64,000 nt of DNA from a virus (lineage: Duplodnaviria; Caudoviricetes), in IMG/VR virus record IMGVR_UViG_3300047157_000186; one strand, written 5' to 3'. The translations under genes and the position numbers were made by a program. Shown in pieces: positions 48,592 to 57,482 of this stretch; position 1 is the first letter of the stretch; each line of letters opens with the position of its first letter. The notes beneath the pieces were generated by a model. The model was not told where the DNA came from, ran no database searches, and saw only the letters and a program-made list of their open reading frames with translations.

Positions 48592-49956
48592 ATGAGCTAC
48601 GATTATACAAGAACTGTCTCAATTACACCGGTAAGTACATCCTATTCATGGGATGCTACTCCTAATTGGATTACTATAACAAGAGTTTCTGTTAACTCCG
48701 ATGACTGGACAATTACACTTCAAGAAAACACAGGTGATGCACGTAGTGCGACACTTACTGTTAGACATGCTAATTCAACAACGGTTGACACTATAACTGT
48801 GAATCAAGCTGAGGGTGTAGGTGTGCCTGATCCAACTGCAACGCCAGTTCCGACTTCGGTTCCGACTGCAACGCCAGCTCCGACGAACGTACCAAATCCA
48901 ACGCCAGTTCCACCAACTGCAACGCCAGTTCCACCAACTGCAACGCCAGTTCCAACTGTTCAACCAACACCTGGTCCAAACCCAACGTTTACATTTGCAA
49001 CTAATACAACGTCTGGTAATAGATTTATATTTGCACCTAGTAGTCTTAATACTGATGTATCATATACAATCGTAGCAGATGGTAACACTAGTCCAGCTGC
49101 GCCAAGTAATTTTAGTACCAATGGTGTTAGTGGTTCAAATCAAACTGGACCAACTGTAACAAACAATTCGAACGTATTTACTGGAACTTATAGGTTTACA
49201 AAAACTTTTTCACCAATTGCTGATCTGAATGTTAACTGTACAGTAAGTGCACCATATGGCACATCAGATACTTGGTATTGTACGCTTGAAGCAGATTCAG
49301 GTCCTAAAAATACAGCTACGCCAAGTCCAACTAATAGTTCAGGCTCTGGTTCAGGTTCGGGACCAACTGCAACACCAATTCCTAATCCAACTGCAACACC
49401 AGTTCCATCTTCAACGCCATCGTATAGTGGCGGAGGCGGCGGAGGCGGATGTCACGTAGCTGGAGAATTACTTACGTTAGCTAATGGTGAAACTAAATTA
49501 GTAGAAGATGTAGTTGTAGGAGATAACTTATTATCTGTTAATTTTGATGGATTTAGTTTAGATGGAGAGTGGAAATCATGGAAAAGAAGAGAAGAAACTC
49601 TTGGATCTGTGTATACAAACACGACTGTTACTAATGTTACTGTTTTAGAATTCGATAAATATTATGACTTCAATAATGGATTATTAAAAATCACAGAAGA
49701 ACATCCTGTCCTAGTAAAAGATACTGTAGGAGATATTTACTTCAAACAAGTAAGAGATATTGTTAATTCTGATTGGCTCTTAAATGAAGACAATGAATGG
49801 GTAGATATTACATCTATAGAATTGATAGCGGTACCTGAGAGATTTACAACATATTCCTTTAACGTAGAAGAAGCTGATGTTTATTTTGCAAATGGTATAA
49901 TAGTACACAATGTTGAGGATCTTGAAGAGGATCGCGAAAAACAATTTATGCAATAA
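48592..49956 (+). CDS. BACON-domain, Pro/Thr-linker adhesin with C-terminal Hint (intein-like) domain
   Basis: SWDATPNWIT..ITLQENTGDARSATLTV..ITVNQ (BACON); PTATPV repeats; Hint C-HVAG ... TEEH ... YSFNV ... VHN. Confidence 0.8.
   Translation: MSYDYTRTVSITPVSTSYSWDATPNWITITRVSVNSDDWTITLQENTGDARSATLTVRHANSTTVDTITVNQAEGVGVPDPTATPVPTSVPTATPAPTNVPNPTPVPPTATPVPPTATPVPTVQPTPGPNPTFTFATNTTSGNRFIFAPSSLNTDVSYTIVADGNTSPAAPSNFSTNGVSGSNQTGPTVTNNSNVFTGTYRFTKTFSPIADLNVNCTVSAPYGTSDTWYCTLEADSGPKNTATPSPTNSSGSGSGSGPTATPIPNPTATPVPSSTPSYSGGGGGGGCHVAGELLTLANGETKLVEDVVVGDNLLSVNFDGFSLDGEWKSWKRREETLGSVYTNTTVTNVTVLEFDKYYDFNNGLLKITEEHPVLVKDTVGDIYFKQVRDIVNSDWLLNEDNEWVDITSIELIAVPERFTTYSFNVEEADVYFANGIIVHNVEDLEEDREKQFMQ
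49450..49911 (+). other. Hint/BIL autoprocessing domain (154 aa, no homing endonuclease)
   Basis: Cys1 follows a poly-Gly linker; block B KITEEHPVLV; block F/G YSFNVEEADVYFANGIIVHN; the +1 residue is Val. Confidence 0.88.
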
Positions 49957-50760
49957 ATGAGTATTATAAATAAAATTATTAGTAATAAGAACACCCTCAC
50001 TTTTGTGTTGGGTGCTCTTTTTGTTTTAATGTTTTTAAAACAATGTGACAGTATATCTTCTTTGAAACAAGACGTTAAATTAGCACAAGAAGATGCTGGT
50101 AGACAACTTAATAATTTTAAAGCGGCTCAAGATTCTGTTACTATATTAAGAAATGATAATGGTGATCAGCTTGCTCAGATTAGATCTTATGAATTTGATT
50201 TATCAAATATGGAATCTAGCCAAACTAAGTTGACTAAAAAATATAAGAAAGTGCTAGCACTTAATGATGACTTAAAAGAAGTTAACTCATTAATTTCGGC
50301 TAACCTAGAAATTACAGATAGTTTAGATGTAACTACTACAACTGAGACCATTGACACAACAACTACTAAAGTTACGTTTGCATCATCAGAAGATTTTGGT
50401 AATGGTAACTCTAGAAAACTAACAGGGTTTTCTACCTTTAAATATGAATTTGAAAAATTTAAAGTATTGGAAACTAAGTTTGAATTGACACAAACTTTAA
50501 GTTTAATGGCTGCAATTGAGAACGTAAATGGAGCCGATAGATTAAAGTTATCGACAAGCTATCCTGGATTAGAGATTAAAGATATTGAAAATATAAACTT
50601 AGTTAATAGCAGATTAAATAGAAAAGACCAAAAGAAATCTAGATGGCTAGTTGGTTTTGGTGTTGGATATGGAATTAATTTAAACAATAACCAAGTGATT
50701 AGTACTGGACCATCTATTGGTGTAGGACTTTATTGGTCACCTAAATTTTTACAATTTTAA
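49957..50760 (+). CDS. membrane-anchored coiled-coil protein with C-terminal amphipathic beta-hairpin (spanin candidate)
   Basis: N-terminal TM, coiled coil, end RWLVGFGVGYG..GPSIGVGLYWSPKFLQF. Confidence 0.55.
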   Translation: MSIINKIISNKNTLTFVLGALFVLMFLKQCDSISSLKQDVKLAQEDAGRQLNNFKAAQDSVTILRNDNGDQLAQIRSYEFDLSNMESSQTKLTKKYKKVLALNDDLKEVNSLISANLEITDSLDVTTTTETIDTTTTKVTFASSEDFGNGNSRKLTGFSTFKYEFEKFKVLETKFELTQTLSLMAAIENVNGADRLKLSTSYPGLEIKDIENINLVNSRLNRKDQKKSRWLVGFGVGYGINLNNNQVISTGPSIGVGLYWSPKFLQF

Positions 50761-50763
50761 AAC

Positions 50764-52828
50764 ATGGCTCAATCAAGCAGATATTTTTACTTAGATTCAA
50801 GATATTTTATTAGAATTTATTTATCATGACCAAGGAAATCCTTCTAAATATCAAATAGAAGTTGACGATAATGGTAGTGAGGTAAAATTCTTAGACACAG
50901 TAAAAGGAATTACTTCAGAAAAAAGACACTTAATTAATGAATTAGGTAGTGCTGTTGTAAACTTTGATGTAACAGAAACTTCAGGATATTTATCAGTTGA
51001 AAACTTTGCATCAAGAACTTTACTTTTACAAAACGGAAAAACTTATAAATTTAATTTAAGTTTATTAACAGATCCTAGTTTATTTCAAATCAGTGGAGCT
51101 TTAGGGATATACTCTTATTCTGATGTAACTAAGATTGCTCAATTTACACCTAATCAAAATGGGATAATTGAATATTCTTACGAAGGTTTAATTGGAGGTA
51201 AAATAATAGTAGACACAAGAGCAAATCCATTATTTGCAAATCCAGATGAAAATACAGGAAACGATATTAATCAAACTATTGGAAGATATCACGCTATAAA
51301 ATCTGGTAATACTGGTACTAAATATGCACTACTAGGCTATGATTCGACAGGAGATTATGAAATGTTTAATTACGTTAATAATAACGTTGAGTGGGCCGGT
51401 GGAAATGAAACTGATCTTTTAAACAACCAAACTAATGCAACTGCAAATATTAATTATATCAAATACGATAGTATTAGGTTACATCTTAGAAGTGGGTATA
51501 GTTTTGCTGCCAGAGGATATGAAGGGTTTTTATTCGAAATAGCAACTAAAAGAAATTCAGGTGTCAGGAACAATTTAACACAATTAGTATACTTAAATAC
51601 TAGTAACTATGAATACGCTAATCCTAAACCTTTTATTTTAGGTGAGACATTATATAGTAAATTTATTGATATTAAAATTCCTACTCTTGTAGAACAGAAT
51701 GAAGAGTTTAATGATTTATTTTATGGAGATGGAAGTGTAGGTTCTAGTGATTTAGATCCAACTTCTAATTATGAAATGACATTTAAATTAATAGATACAT
51801 TACAAACTATTAATGGATTTGATTATTTCCTTACAGGTGAAGAGAATAGTTTTACTATTTCTAGAGAAGATGAATTTCAAGATTTTACTGTGGTAGTAGA
51901 AGATGCTACTGATGGTGATTACTTTAAGATATACGGAGAAAAAGATAATTCTATAGGAGCCTTTGAAGCGTACATACTAAATCAAATAACTAAGACTTCA
52001 GATGATATAGTTGTAATGTTTGATGTTGATGTTTTCGAAACTATAGGAAGTGTTGATATTAAAACATTCCAAACATCGTATACACAATATGAAGATTTCA
52101 ATACACCTATTGTTTTTAGACCAGTGATTATTAATAGTAATACTGCTTCTAGTTTTTCAGTAGATGTAACTATGAGAATTTGGAATCAAACTGATAATAC
52201 ACAAATAGTAAAAAGAGCTAGTTTAACTTTAACACAGGCTGCAAAGTATGGTAAAAGATTAAACAAGTTAAAAATTAATTCCCCAAATCAGTTAACTGAA
52301 GTTTATAATGTTTTACCTGAATTATCTTCTAATAAAATTATAGAAGGAATATTCACAGACAACTTGCCTAAAAGTATAAAATATGTTCCTACATTTATAG
52401 AAAGACACAATGTTATTGCATCAAAATCAAAAATAGTGTTTGATTCTTCTAATGAAAATATAATGACACAGAGTATTACTGAGGTAGATACTTCTGAGTT
52501 TGTGAATGAAACTAAACTAAATATTGATATACCTCCATTTACTTCATATTATAAATTTGTGATTGCTAAAAGAAAAGGTGATGATGTAGAATTTATTTCT
52601 TTTACAAATGCAGAAAATGTAATATTAACATTCGGTGATGGAAAACAAAAATTAAAATTTAATCATATATCAAACAAGGATATTGATATGGGTGAAGGTG
52701 AAGTTTTGTTTAAAATAAGTGAAGCTAATGCTAATACTATTAGAGGTATGAAAAACAATAAGTTTTATATTAGTGTTAATAATGGCATTGACGAGAATAT
52801 GATCATGTCTGGTAAATTTAAGAAATAA
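50764..52828 (+). CDS. putative structural protein with one apparent +1 frameshift at 50800
   Basis: ATG 50764 MAQSSRYFYLDS; removing the extra a at 50800 gives an open frame joined to the 51362 ORF (561 nt upstream extension). Confidence 0.65.
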
Positions 52829-52837
52829 TAAAAAACA

Positions 52838-53392
52838 ATGATCTTAAATAGTAGAAATAATTCATTCGACTTTAGGTTTCCTAGAGGATTTGTACCTAAA
52901 GAAGTTGCTGATAAATATAAAAAATATATTAATAATGTGCCAGGTGGTTTATTATCTGAACCTGTAGATTTTATAAATTATAGCATTCAAGGTATTAATA
53001 TACCTGGTGTTTCTTTTAATCCGTTAACACAAGAAGATAATGACGGTTCTATAAGATATCACAGGGGTGCTATTCCAATACAAAACACAATTAATAGAGA
53101 ATTTACAGTTAGTATGCAATTACTAGATGGGTTTATTAATTATTGGATTATGATGGATACACTTTTATGGTATTACGCTAGATCTACTAAGCAATCTCAT
53201 ATAGAATCTCCATTAACTTTAAGAATATTAGATGCAGAAGGAGCATCAGTAGCATATATGGAATTCACAGATTGTATCATGAACTCTATTAATGAATTAA
53301 ATTTAAATTTTGCAGAAAACGTTGCATCTTTTCAAACATTTGAAGTTACGTTCTTTTATAATAGATTAAACCTTAGATTAGAATTAGAATAA
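52838..53392 (+). CDS. tail tube-like protein (gp19/gp3 family)
   Basis: SIQGINIPGVSF, REFTVSMQLLDGFINY, LRILD, FTDC, FEVTFFYN pattern. Confidence 0.6.
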   Translation: MILNSRNNSFDFRFPRGFVPKEVADKYKKYINNVPGGLLSEPVDFINYSIQGINIPGVSFNPLTQEDNDGSIRYHRGAIPIQNTINREFTVSMQLLDGFINYWIMMDTLLWYYARSTKQSHIESPLTLRILDAEGASVAYMEFTDCIMNSINELNLNFAENVASFQTFEVTFFYNRLNLRLELE

Positions 53393-53397
53393 AATAA

Positions 53398-53406
53398 GAT
53401 ATATAA
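53398..53406 (+). promoter_or_regulatory. putative late promoter motif GATATATAA
   Basis: The G lies 12 nt before ATG 53410. Confidence 0.6.
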
Positions 53407-53409
53407 TAC

Positions 53410-53778
53410 ATGAAAACATTTAATACATATTTAATTGAAAACGCTGTTAACGAACAGGATTTGGAACTTATTAATGAAGGTCTTCAAGAAACTTGGACTC
53501 CGGAGTTAGAAGAGAAAATAGATGCAGCATTAGAATCTTTTGCTTCAGAATATCAAAATGAAGATGGTTCTTATGATATTGAGAGACTTAATGAAGAGAT
53601 GACTAATGAAGGTTTCTTTGGATCAATTATTGGTGGACTTACCGGTTTTGCTTTAGGGAAATCTATTGGTAAAATGCTAGCAAAAGTTCTTGGTATTCAA
53701 AAAGGTGTGTTTTACGATTTATTAACTTCTAGACTTGTAGGTGCCGCATTAGGTGCAGCTCTAGGTAAAAAACTGTAA
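53410..53778 (+). CDS. putative capsid-internal protein with glycine-zipper C-terminus
   Basis: MKTFNTYLIE leader; acidic propeptide with VNE/INE/LNE/TNE sites; GSIIGGLTGFALGKSIG..GAALGAALG. Confidence 0.6.
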   Translation: MKTFNTYLIENAVNEQDLELINEGLQETWTPELEEKIDAALESFASEYQNEDGSYDIERLNEEMTNEGFFGSIIGGLTGFALGKSIGKMLAKVLGIQKGVFYDLLTSRLVGAALGAALGKKL

Positions 53779-54429
53779 ATGAATTACTTAGCAGTAGATT
53801 TTTCTTTAAATTCTCCAGGTTTAGCCATATATAATGATAAAAAAAAGAGTTATCATTTTATTAGTTACATAAAACCAAAAACAGGAACTAAAGCAGAACA
53901 AAGACTTCAAGAAGAGATTTCTTTATTAGAAGATGTTACTTTAGTTAATCAACCTGATTTTACAAACAATGAATCTTTCTCAAGTGCCGAACTCTTAAAG
54001 GTAAAGAGATATGATAAAATGGCTGATGATTTAATCAACCTAATATTACAAAATTCTTTTGAAGGTGATGGTTTCACTATAGCATTTGAAGGTACTTCTT
54101 ATGGTTCTAAGATGGGAACTAATAATATGATTGACATGGCAGCAGGAGCCGCAATCTTAAAGCTTAAACTTTTAAAGACCTTAAATCCAGAAGATTTACT
54201 TACTGTTGCTCCTACCACAATTAAGAAGTTTGCAGGTAAAGGTAATATGAATAAACTACAATTATTTGAAGCTTACCAAAAAAATGTGAACGAAGACCAA
54301 ATCTTGGCTAAAAGCCCTTTGTGGAAAATAGTTAAAGACCTAGAAATTGGGAAGAAGATCCCGAAGCCTTTGGATGACTTAGTTGACGCTTATTTTCTCG
54401 CAGCATACGTTTCAAACCTCCAAGCCTAA
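53779..54429 (+). CDS. ruvC: RuvC-like Holliday junction resolvase
   Basis: LAVDFSLNSPG, IAFEGTSYGS, PTTIKKFAGKGN..K and DDLVDAY catalytic pattern. Confidence 0.8.
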   Translation: MNYLAVDFSLNSPGLAIYNDKKKSYHFISYIKPKTGTKAEQRLQEEISLLEDVTLVNQPDFTNNESFSSAELLKVKRYDKMADDLINLILQNSFEGDGFTIAFEGTSYGSKMGTNNMIDMAAGAAILKLKLLKTLNPEDLLTVAPTTIKKFAGKGNMNKLQLFEAYQKNVNEDQILAKSPLWKIVKDLEIGKKIPKPLDDLVDAYFLAAYVSNLQA

Positions 54430-54455
54430 TCTAACTTCTGGCTTAACTAACATTT

Positions 54456-54485
54456 GTTATATGCACTTGCCGAAAAACTGTTTCA
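54456..54485 (-). promoter_or_regulatory. putative leftward promoter TGAAAC-N18-TATAAC
   Basis: Reverse complement of gttata(54456)..gtttca(54485); points antisense into the RuvC gene. Confidence 0.45.
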
Positions 54486-54519
54486 TTTTATTTTAAAAAA
54501 AATTAAAATTAATCCCAGG

Positions 54520-54548
54520 TGAAACAAATTAAAGGTTAGATATATAAT
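54520..54548 (+). promoter_or_regulatory. putative promoter TGAAAC-N17-TATAAT overlapping GATATATAA
   Basis: Exact elements at 54520-54525 and 54543-54548, with an upstream A/T tract. Confidence 0.65.
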
Positions 54549-54575
54549 AAGTATAATAACAAAAGTATTAATTAC

Positions 54576-54746
54576 ATGTTAGTTACAACAGATTACCTTC
54601 GTTTATTAAGCATCCTACAAAAAATGGTGATAGCGAACCAGCTTACTGAAAAGCAAGCGTCAGAGTTACTTCACAAATCAGGACTGATTAAGTTAAAGGA
54701 GAATAAATGGAAGGAACCTTCTGGAGCAATCTTAACAATTAATTGA
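54576..54746 (+). CDS. small hypothetical protein (56 aa, below the ORF-track cutoff)
   Basis: MLVTTDYLRLLSILQKMVIANQLTEKQASELLHKSGLIKLKENKWKEPSGAILTIN; directly downstream of a promoter. Confidence 0.55.
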   Translation: MLVTTDYLRLLSILQKMVIANQLTEKQASELLHKSGLIKLKENKWKEPSGAILTIN

Positions 54747-54772
54747 AACTATTTATTATTATACAATATAAG
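54744..54772 (+). promoter_or_regulatory. putative promoter TGAAAC-N17-TATAAG for the ssb gene
   Basis: Same spacing as 54520; the TGA is also the stop of the small ORF. Confidence 0.6.
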
Positions 54773-54835
54773 GAAACGAAAGAACATTAAAGTAATTTCA
54801 AGGTATTAACAAAACAAACTAAACAATTTAAAGGT

Positions 54836-55758
54836 ATGAGTGATTCATTTGACATTTTTAACTTGGGCGTGGAAGACGTAGAAACGCACCAAGTGAAAGC
54901 AAGTAGTTCTACTAACGAAGATCTACAAACCAACAGCAGACGATGGTAAAGACGGAACTTACAAAGCATTAATACGTTTTGTGCCAAATCCAGAAAACCC
55001 TCGTAATTCCCTAATCCAAAAATATGTACACTGGTTAACAAACTCTAGTGGCGATGGTAAATTAGTTGATTCTCCAGCAACAATCGGAGAAAAATGCCCT
55101 ATCGCAGATGTATTCTGGAAGTTGCGTAAATCAGATTCAGCTGTAGATAGAAAATCTTCAGATAAACTAAAAAGACGCCAACAGTACTATTCTTTAGTAA
55201 AGATCGTAAAAGATCCACAAAATCCAGAACTAGAAGGTACTTACAAAGTATTTAAATTTGGATATAAAATTAAAGAAAAGATAGACGCAGAATTAAAACC
55301 AAACTTTGGTGAGCCAACACAAGTATTCGACCTATTCGAAGGTAAGAACTTTGAGTTAGTTATCACTAGACAAGGTGAATATAATAACTACGATAATCTA
55401 AATTTTCTTCTAGTAAGTCAGCTATTATTATGGGCGATGCTCCAGCAGAAAGTAGTAAAGAAACTATGACTACTATCAAAGAAGAGTTAGAAGCAGCTCC
55501 TTCATTAAAAGGATATGATTATCAAAGCATGGGACGAAGATACAAGATCATTTGTAAATGATGTATTAAGAATGTATCTTAATCCGGGTGATTCTATTGC
55601 ATCGAGTGACATCAAGTGCTCCAAAGGCAGCAACTAAAACTGCAACAGCAGTAAAAGAAAAACCAGCGGCAGCACCAGTGACTTCAACGTCGGAATCAAC
55701 TTCAAGTGTATCAACAGATGATGATCTAGATTCTTTCTTGAATGACCTCGACATCTAA
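54836..55758 (+). CDS. T4 gp32-like single-stranded DNA-binding protein with about 4 apparent single-base indels
   Basis: IYKPTADDGKDGTYKALIRFVP, CPI, YKVFKFGYKIKEKI, FDLFEGKNF and acidic tail DDDLDSFLNDLDI are recovered by shifting frame near 54918, 55396, 55526 and 55605. Confidence 0.8.
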
Positions 55759-56824
55759 TAACAATATAGAACTTACTGAAGAGCTTAAAGGATAAAATAA
55801 GATATGCACTTAACAAGTAGTATCTCAAATACATTCTACTCCTAATAAGAAGCTACTAAAGGACATGCATGGGCGAATAACCTGTGCATGTCCTTATTGT
55901 GGTGATTCTCACTGAAGACGATACCAAGAAAAGAGGTAATATATTTTGGGATACACTACAGTATCATTGTTATAATTGTAGTTATCATACTAATCTATAT
56001 TCTTTTTTAAAAGATCATGATGTTAAGATGCCTAACATCTAATGACTCTTTTATGGTTATCGACTATATCAAACAAAATAAAATACAGGTAAACCCAGAG
56101 TCTGTATTGAAACACCAGGCGCTAGAAAAGATACATAATCTAGCAATTGATGTTGAAGAATTCAAGAAACATTTTAAAGCTAAAGTAATAGAACCAGGTG
56201 ATTGGATTTGGTTTCAATTAAAGATAGGTTATTACATAAAAAATCTGAAGAATTTCTATATTCAGATAAAGAGTTTCGTTTTGGATTCTTAAATATAGTA
56301 CAGATGGTAAAATTATAGGTGCACAACCAGTAGAATGAAAGGGTATGGGACAGAGATATTTAACTTATGATTTGCCAAAATTATATGAAGAAATGGGTAA
56401 GCCATTAGAAATGAGCAATGAGGAACTAAACACACTTGCAAAGATATCAACACTTTTTGGAATTATGCAATTAAATTTCCAAAGACCAGTAACAATGTTC
56501 GAAGGTCCTTTAGATGCTAAAGTTTATGCATAACTCGTTGGCCTTAGCAACTGCAGGTAGATCAACTGATGAATTTGATGAGATACCAACTGTAGGTATA
56601 TGTTTGATAATGACGCAACGGGTAAAAAGAAAATGGCAGAAAAGTTAAAGAAAGGCAGACCCGTTTTTATGTGGTCTAAATTTCTTAGCGAAAATAAACT
56701 AGATACATATAATATTAAGGATCTAAATGATTTAATATTGAAGTGTTTTGAGCTTAAAATCGATGCTCACAAAAAGATCGATAATTATTTCACTTCTAAT
56801 CAATTAGATTTATGGTATGTATAG
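55742..56824 (+). CDS. T4 gp61-like DNA primase with many apparent single-base indels
   Basis: Zn finger CPYCGDS..KKRGN..YHCYNC; TOPRIM FEGPLDAK, MFDND and KDLND spread over several frames. Confidence 0.78.
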
Positions 56825-57033
56825 AAACGATTAACAACATGGTTGAGGATAACTTTGATGAGTTCCAAAAAGACAGTGATAGATTTAAGGGTATGAAACT
56901 TTTGATAGATTTCAAGCCATTAGATCTTAGCGTCAATTCTCCAGAAATGGAAATGCCAAAACCTAAATTTAAGAAGAGGCAAATAACATCAAAATTTATT
57001 AAACCAAATCCTAACAAGAAATCATTATTTTAA
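56812..57033 (+). CDS. hypothetical protein
   Basis: 73-aa ORF between primase and the uvsY-like gene; lies in the noisy region. Confidence 0.5.
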   Translation: MVCIETINNMVEDNFDEFQKDSDRFKGMKLLIDFKPLDLSVNSPEMEMPKPKFKKRQITSKFIKPNPNKKSLF

Positions 57034-57034
57034 T

Positions 57035-57457
57035 ATGACTAAAGAAAACATACTAGCATTAGACGGAAAAGTTAAGTAGACAAAGAACTGAGTGGACAAA
57101 CAATATAAAAAAGTTGGCACAGAGTTTGAGAAACTTAAATTTAATGGAAGAAACAATTGCTGAAGTTTTATCTTCGCGTCAATCTCTAGTAGAACAAATG
57201 CATATTTAAATATGAAAGTAAAAGAACAAAAAGCAAAAGTAGCTATTAGATATAGAGAAGCCTATATTAGATACTATGAATATGATTATAAACTCGGTGA
57301 AAAACAAAAAGAAAGATTTATAGAGACAGACTTAGCAGACGAAAACATGATATTGTCTCATCTAGAAAATCAAGTTGAGTTTTTTAAAGATTCGGTAAAA
57401 ACCCTAGATAATATGGGATTTGCCATTCGTAATAGACTAGCATTAAAAGATCTATAA
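57035..57457 (+). CDS. uvsY: UvsY-like recombination mediator with about 2 apparent indels
   Basis: Helical protein ending VKTLDNMGFAIRNRL, directly upstream of uvsW; N-terminal half (MTKENILALDGK..) is in other frames. Confidence 0.6.
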
Positions 57458-57482
57458 CGAAAAATAAAAATGCTCTAACAAT

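Noticed and set aside
49450-49911. Mobile homing intein
   Set aside because: No endonuclease insert, the +1 residue is Val, and only 14 aa follow; better read as a BIL-type autoprocessing domain.
50764-50830. Regulatory leader peptide or programmed +1 shift at 50800
   Set aside because: A single duplicated a restores a 2-kb ORF and no shift signal is seen; probably the same kind of sequence error.
54900-57210. Programmed ribosomal frameshifting in ssb, primase and uvsY
   Set aside because: Too many breaks, in both directions, without slippery heptamers; an error-rich consensus is more parsimonious.
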